Source: Catajapyx aquilonaris (lineage: Eukaryota). Taken from it: a stretch of 35,743 bases of DNA. The notes below the pieces were generated by a model, which did not search any database, was not told the origin of the DNA, and saw nothing but the letters and a program-made list of their open reading frames with translations. The stretch spans positions 1-35,743 of the forward strand of contig JYFJ02004057.1 in NCBI GenBank assembly GCA_000934665.2. Reading direction: 5' to 3'. The position numbers and the translations under genes are program-made. Numbering within the stretch: position 1 is the first letter of the stretch; each line of letters opens with the position of its first letter. This document shows positions 31,861 to 35,743 of the stretch, one piece after another.

Positions 31861-32845
31861 CCTTACATTTGGTTAACATTAGGGTCCATTCTCATCACAC
31901 TTCAGCAGCTGTCAGTTCATTATACAAAGATACAGTACATCATCATCATGATACTACATTTGCTATAGCTATATTATGATTAGTGGTTTACATAAGCTAT
32001 GATAGGATAGTGTAAATAATGCAAATTAATATAATATTACCTCCTTATGTCGCCTTTAGTTTCGGAAGGTTCGGTTCGGAAAGGATAGTGCAGCGAAAAA
32101 TAATTACGTTGCTACATATAAGAATAACGCATTAGCAACAGGAAGTTACCGTAGATATACGCAGGGTACTACAGGGTGTCGTACATGAAATAAGACCTTA
32201 GTAACCATAGTAATACCAAGGTAACCAGAATACAACAACAATCGTTCAGTCGTAAAACAAGGGTTGTGTTGCTCCTGGGAGGTCGGCAAGGAAACGATTG
32301 TTGTATACTCGTATCTTAACCATGGTAATACTATGGCTACTAAGGGTATGACGCGTAAAAATCCATCGTGACTTAACGACGCGTCTGCTGCACCAAGGGC
32401 ATTGGCAAAAAAAAACAACAACTTCCGAGTCACTCTATCATTCCTCAAAAAATGCGCACTTATTTCATTTACACCCCATAACTATAGGCAACTTGTAGTT
32501 GGATGTAATTAATTTGGCCAGTACGAACACAGTCTGTTCTTAAAATGTGTTATTGCTATTGTGGCTTTAAAAAAAAAAAAGATATCACAAGGCATCTGGA
32601 CTCTGATCCATTCTAGGAGGCCTCATCCCCCCCTCCACCCCCCATGTTCTCTAAAATAGCAAAAAAAAAAAAAAAGCACAAGTCCGAATGGTCTTTAAAG
32701 TTTTCCTAAGCTTAAAAGTATGGTACATGTGAAAACCTCCGATAGAGTCAGATTATGCTCTTTTGACTTACCTGCATTACTTTACAGCAGCCAGACACTG
32801 TCCTATTGCTTTTTTGATGGTTAATTAGCCCAATATGCAGCTTCA

Positions 32846-32971
32846 GGGCAGGTTTCACCGAGCTCGGTATATGATAAAACCAGGTTTCTTTAGGAAAATC
32901 CATACAAATATGTAGGGATTTCACGAAAGAACTCTGGTTTTATCATATACCGAGCTCGGTGAAACCGGCCC
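32846..32971. mobile_element. 126-bp MITE (PIF/Harbinger-like)
   Basis: TCA|GGGCAGGTTTCACCGAGCTCGGTATATGATAAAACCAG...CTGGTTTTATCATATACCGAGCTCGGTGAAACCGGCCC|TCA, 3-bp TSD. Confidence 0.82.
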
Positions 32972-33159
32972 TCAGGGTGGCTTTGCGTGTTACTTTTCAT
33001 GCTTCCCTTAACATTTTATGGAAAACCCTAAACCAAAGTTATTTCTCTCCTATATGTGGACTTGAATGTATCAATTCAATGTATCAAGCCAAACAAATAG
33101 TTTCTGACATTCCTGATAAGTCAATGATTTCTCTCCTCTCTGTTCTCATTTGTGATATC

Positions 33160-33466
33160 CCTTTTTTTTTACCCCGTGATAAGGCTTAGCCTTTTTAGGG
33201 GGGTGGGATACCACCATTTTTCTCTCAGTTTAACTTCATACACCGGTGCAAGGAGTCTAGGATGTAGGGGAGGGGTAGGGATTTTTGGGGAGGGAACATG
33301 GGGTGCAAGTGCATTGTCTACAACATGGGTCATGTGCAGGTTAGGTTGCCAGACACCTCCTTGGTGCAGGTCAGAGACCCTCCTGACGCAGGTGAAAGGA
33401 AAGTTCCCCAGGCGGGGATCGAGCCTGGGGCCTTTCACTCAGCAAGCCGAGACGTTACCATCACGA

Positions 33467-33505
<39 letters not shown>

Positions 33506-33511
33506 NCCCCA
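33160..33511 (-). mobile_element. tRNA-derived SINE with an expanded (GA)n at its 5' end, inserted at the 3' end of ZF exon E
   Basis: 12-bp TSD ATTTGTGATATC (33148-33159, 33512-33523). A-box TGGTCGTGATGG, B-box-like GGCTCGATCCC, A-tail. N at 33506. Confidence 0.8.
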
Positions 33512-33853
33512 ATTTGTGATATCTAATAATCTGATTGAATATTTTCTGGCACACCACTCTCCACGTGGAAACTTTTTCAGACACACATGGCATTTAAATG
33601 GTTTCTCACCTGTATGTACTGGCATGTGAACTTTTAGATGCACTGCCTGCGAAAACTTTCTATTACACACCTGGCAACTGAAGGGTTTCTCACCTGTGTG
33701 TGTTCGCATGTGGATTTCCAAATGAGCAGCCCTCGGCCACTTCTTCTGGCAAACTTCACATTCAAACACCTTTTTAGTCCCACGTGCCCTCTTGTAACCT
33801 TGCACTTGATCCCGCTTCTCTCCACTGCTATCCTTTGTTTTCACTCTTGCTTC
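33512..33853 (-). pseudogene. ZF exon E: 2 intact C2H2 fingers, a broken third finger, then the SINE; truncated gene or pseudogene, upstream exons not identified
   Basis: Phase-0 acceptor TTTCAG at 33854-33855. CEVCQKKWPRAAHLEIHMRTH-TGEKPFS-CQVCNRKFSQAVHLKVHMPVH-TGEKPFK-CHVCLKKF, then a deletion/frameshift. Degenerate fingers continue at 33020-33147. Confidence 0.7.
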
Positions 33854-35223
33854 CTGAAAGATCAATTACGTGCAATCCTTCACTTACTGTTTCACAAAAT
33901 GAAAAAGGCCACTAAACCAACCTATCTGCAATAGTACACGTATATGCACAATTAGAGATTCTACAGGATGTGTTAAAAGTCTCTCCCTACTTAAAATATC
34001 TGTAATTAACTAATTTTATGGTTGAAGCATTTTAATCAGAAACTTTTCTGAGGACGGTGCTAACGTCTAACAACTTTGAGAAAGGGACGGGAAGCTTCAT
34101 AATAGAAGCACCAATCAGAGGCAGGATCAAGAGGAATTCTCGAAGCTCATTGGGCGGGAGGGAGAGGAGGTGTGGCTAGGTGTCCCAGGTTCCTGAAAAT
34201 TGAAGACCACAATTCAATAAGGGCCCAATTATTGTGAAATAGAAAATGTCCAGGAAGCTGGGNAAACCATATTTATTTCTGTTTCTGTTCATGGTAGGCA
34301 ATTGTGCTCTAAACCTAATGACAGAAAGATATTATAGGACTACAACATGGGTACCTGACAGCACTTTCATTGAATAGTCCATGTACTTTTTATTCTATTT
34401 AAATACTTTTAATGCTCACAATATTGAGCCCTTCTTGCATTGTATCGTTCCTAAGTTGGCTTAAACATGGCGAAATAAATCTTCTCAAGATAAAATGAAT
34501 GAATTATTATGGTGGGAGGAGACACATTGTTCACTATCATGATATATTATTTATTTTATGATAGTGTAGGTACATCGGGTACATCACAATAATTGCTTGT
34601 TAGTGAAGACAATGTCGAAATATTGTACATTATCTTTCCGAGTGTTTTGAGCTCATTCCCCCAGTGCTGTGGGGGAAGTAGAGACGAAGCAATTGGGGTT
34701 TTCATTGAACAGCTTCCGGCTAGTTTGTTAGGCCCTCTGTATTTTACCTCCTGTTATAACATACTCATTTATACTCACATCAGCTGTAACAGACCATTTT
34801 TGGCCCCTTGCAGGGAAAACATGCTGTTTTTGTTTACTTACAAGGGAACGGTACTTGCTGTAAGTTGAGTAGCCCTATGACACTTGGCATAGGGCAAGAA
34901 TCCATATGGTTGATGCGAAAAGTGAAGTCCGTTGCGGCTGACATACAGGAGTTTACGAGATAATGGCTTCTAAAGTTTCCTACAGCAGCTGACGTGGTGG
35001 TGCTGGTATTTCCCAGGATAGCTAGTTAAGGTATATATAGAAAATAGCATATCTATCATCTATTTATTAGTGTTTACAACCTTTATGATAAGCAATAATT
35101 GTGAACATTAATGATATCATGCTCGAAGCAATAATAATTTGATTATAGATACAATATTGTTCCGTGCTTTGAACTGAAGTCCATGATCGACGATCCCCCT
35201 TTTCAAATCTTGTGCCATCATAT

Positions 35224-35483
35224 CGCACCCCGGCAATAACAGGGGCACAAGACAGTCCAAAAAGTCAATTTCACAGGAGAGCACTTTGAAAGTTGTATAG
35301 TGTTAGTATAGTGTTATCATAAATCAGGTATTGATGCAGCATTCGAATAATCAGAATTATTAATTATTAATTATTTAAAATCAGATTATGCATTCTGAAT
35401 GTGCACACGGTCATGGACCCTTCTCTAGTAATAAGTCAAAATCGTCATTGTTGGACTTGTGCCCCTGTTATTGCCGGGATGCG
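35224..35483. mobile_element. MITE with ~28-bp TIRs
   Basis: ATAT|CGCACCCCGGCAATAACAGGGGCACAAG...CTTGTGCCCCTGTTATTGCCGGGATGCG|ATAT. The TSD is palindromic, so the exact ends are ambiguous. Confidence 0.72.
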
Positions 35484-35499
35484 ATATGTCCAGTATAGC

Positions 35500-35743
35500 C
35501 ACGCCTTTTCAAGATACGCATCTGTCAATGCTGTACCAAGAAGTCATTGAAGAAATCCGAATGCTTGGGTTCAATGATATCACGCCTTTTCGAGATACGC
35601 ATAATGTCAATGCTGGGTTGGCAGAGGCTGGTTTTCTTGCAGGTGGTTCTTCTTGCGGTTCTTCACTACTCTAGTGAAGAACCGCAAGAAGAACCACCTG
35701 CAAGAAAACCAGCCAGTCATTGAAGAAATCCGAATGCTTGGGT
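35500..35743. repeat. ~81-bp tandem repeat (at least 2 units); the second unit is interrupted by a perfect 89-bp hairpin (35626-35714)
   Basis: Unit CACGCCTTTTC(A/G)AGATACGCAT...AGTCATTGAAGAAATCCGAATGCTTGGGT. Hairpin arms are 43 bp, perfect, with loop CTC. Confidence 0.8.

Overview
Eukaryotic genomic DNA, most likely from an arthropod (hexapod-like GR and IR genes, short GT-AG introns, many TEs). All recognisable genes lie on the minus strand. From left to right: a tandem cluster of paralogous C2H2 zinc-finger genes (A partial, B, C, D), one intronless divergent ionotropic receptor (IR), three intact 3-exon gustatory receptors (GRs), and a fifth truncated ZF exon (E). ZF genes A-D share three features: an acidic N-terminal exon built from psi-K-x-E repeats with no recognisable KRAB/ZAD/BTB/SCAN domain, a ~90-bp conserved core-promoter block, and a conserved 3-codon uORF. 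In B, C, D and E a tail of decayed fingers follows the end of the coding array. Introns and intergenic DNA hold a 2.4-kb foldback element with a nested SINE and solo LTR, a second solo LTR whose empty site survives in a paralog, tRNA-derived SINEs with shared tails, a Helitron remnant and several hairpin MITEs. Gene models and TE boundaries were read by eye; no database searches were run.
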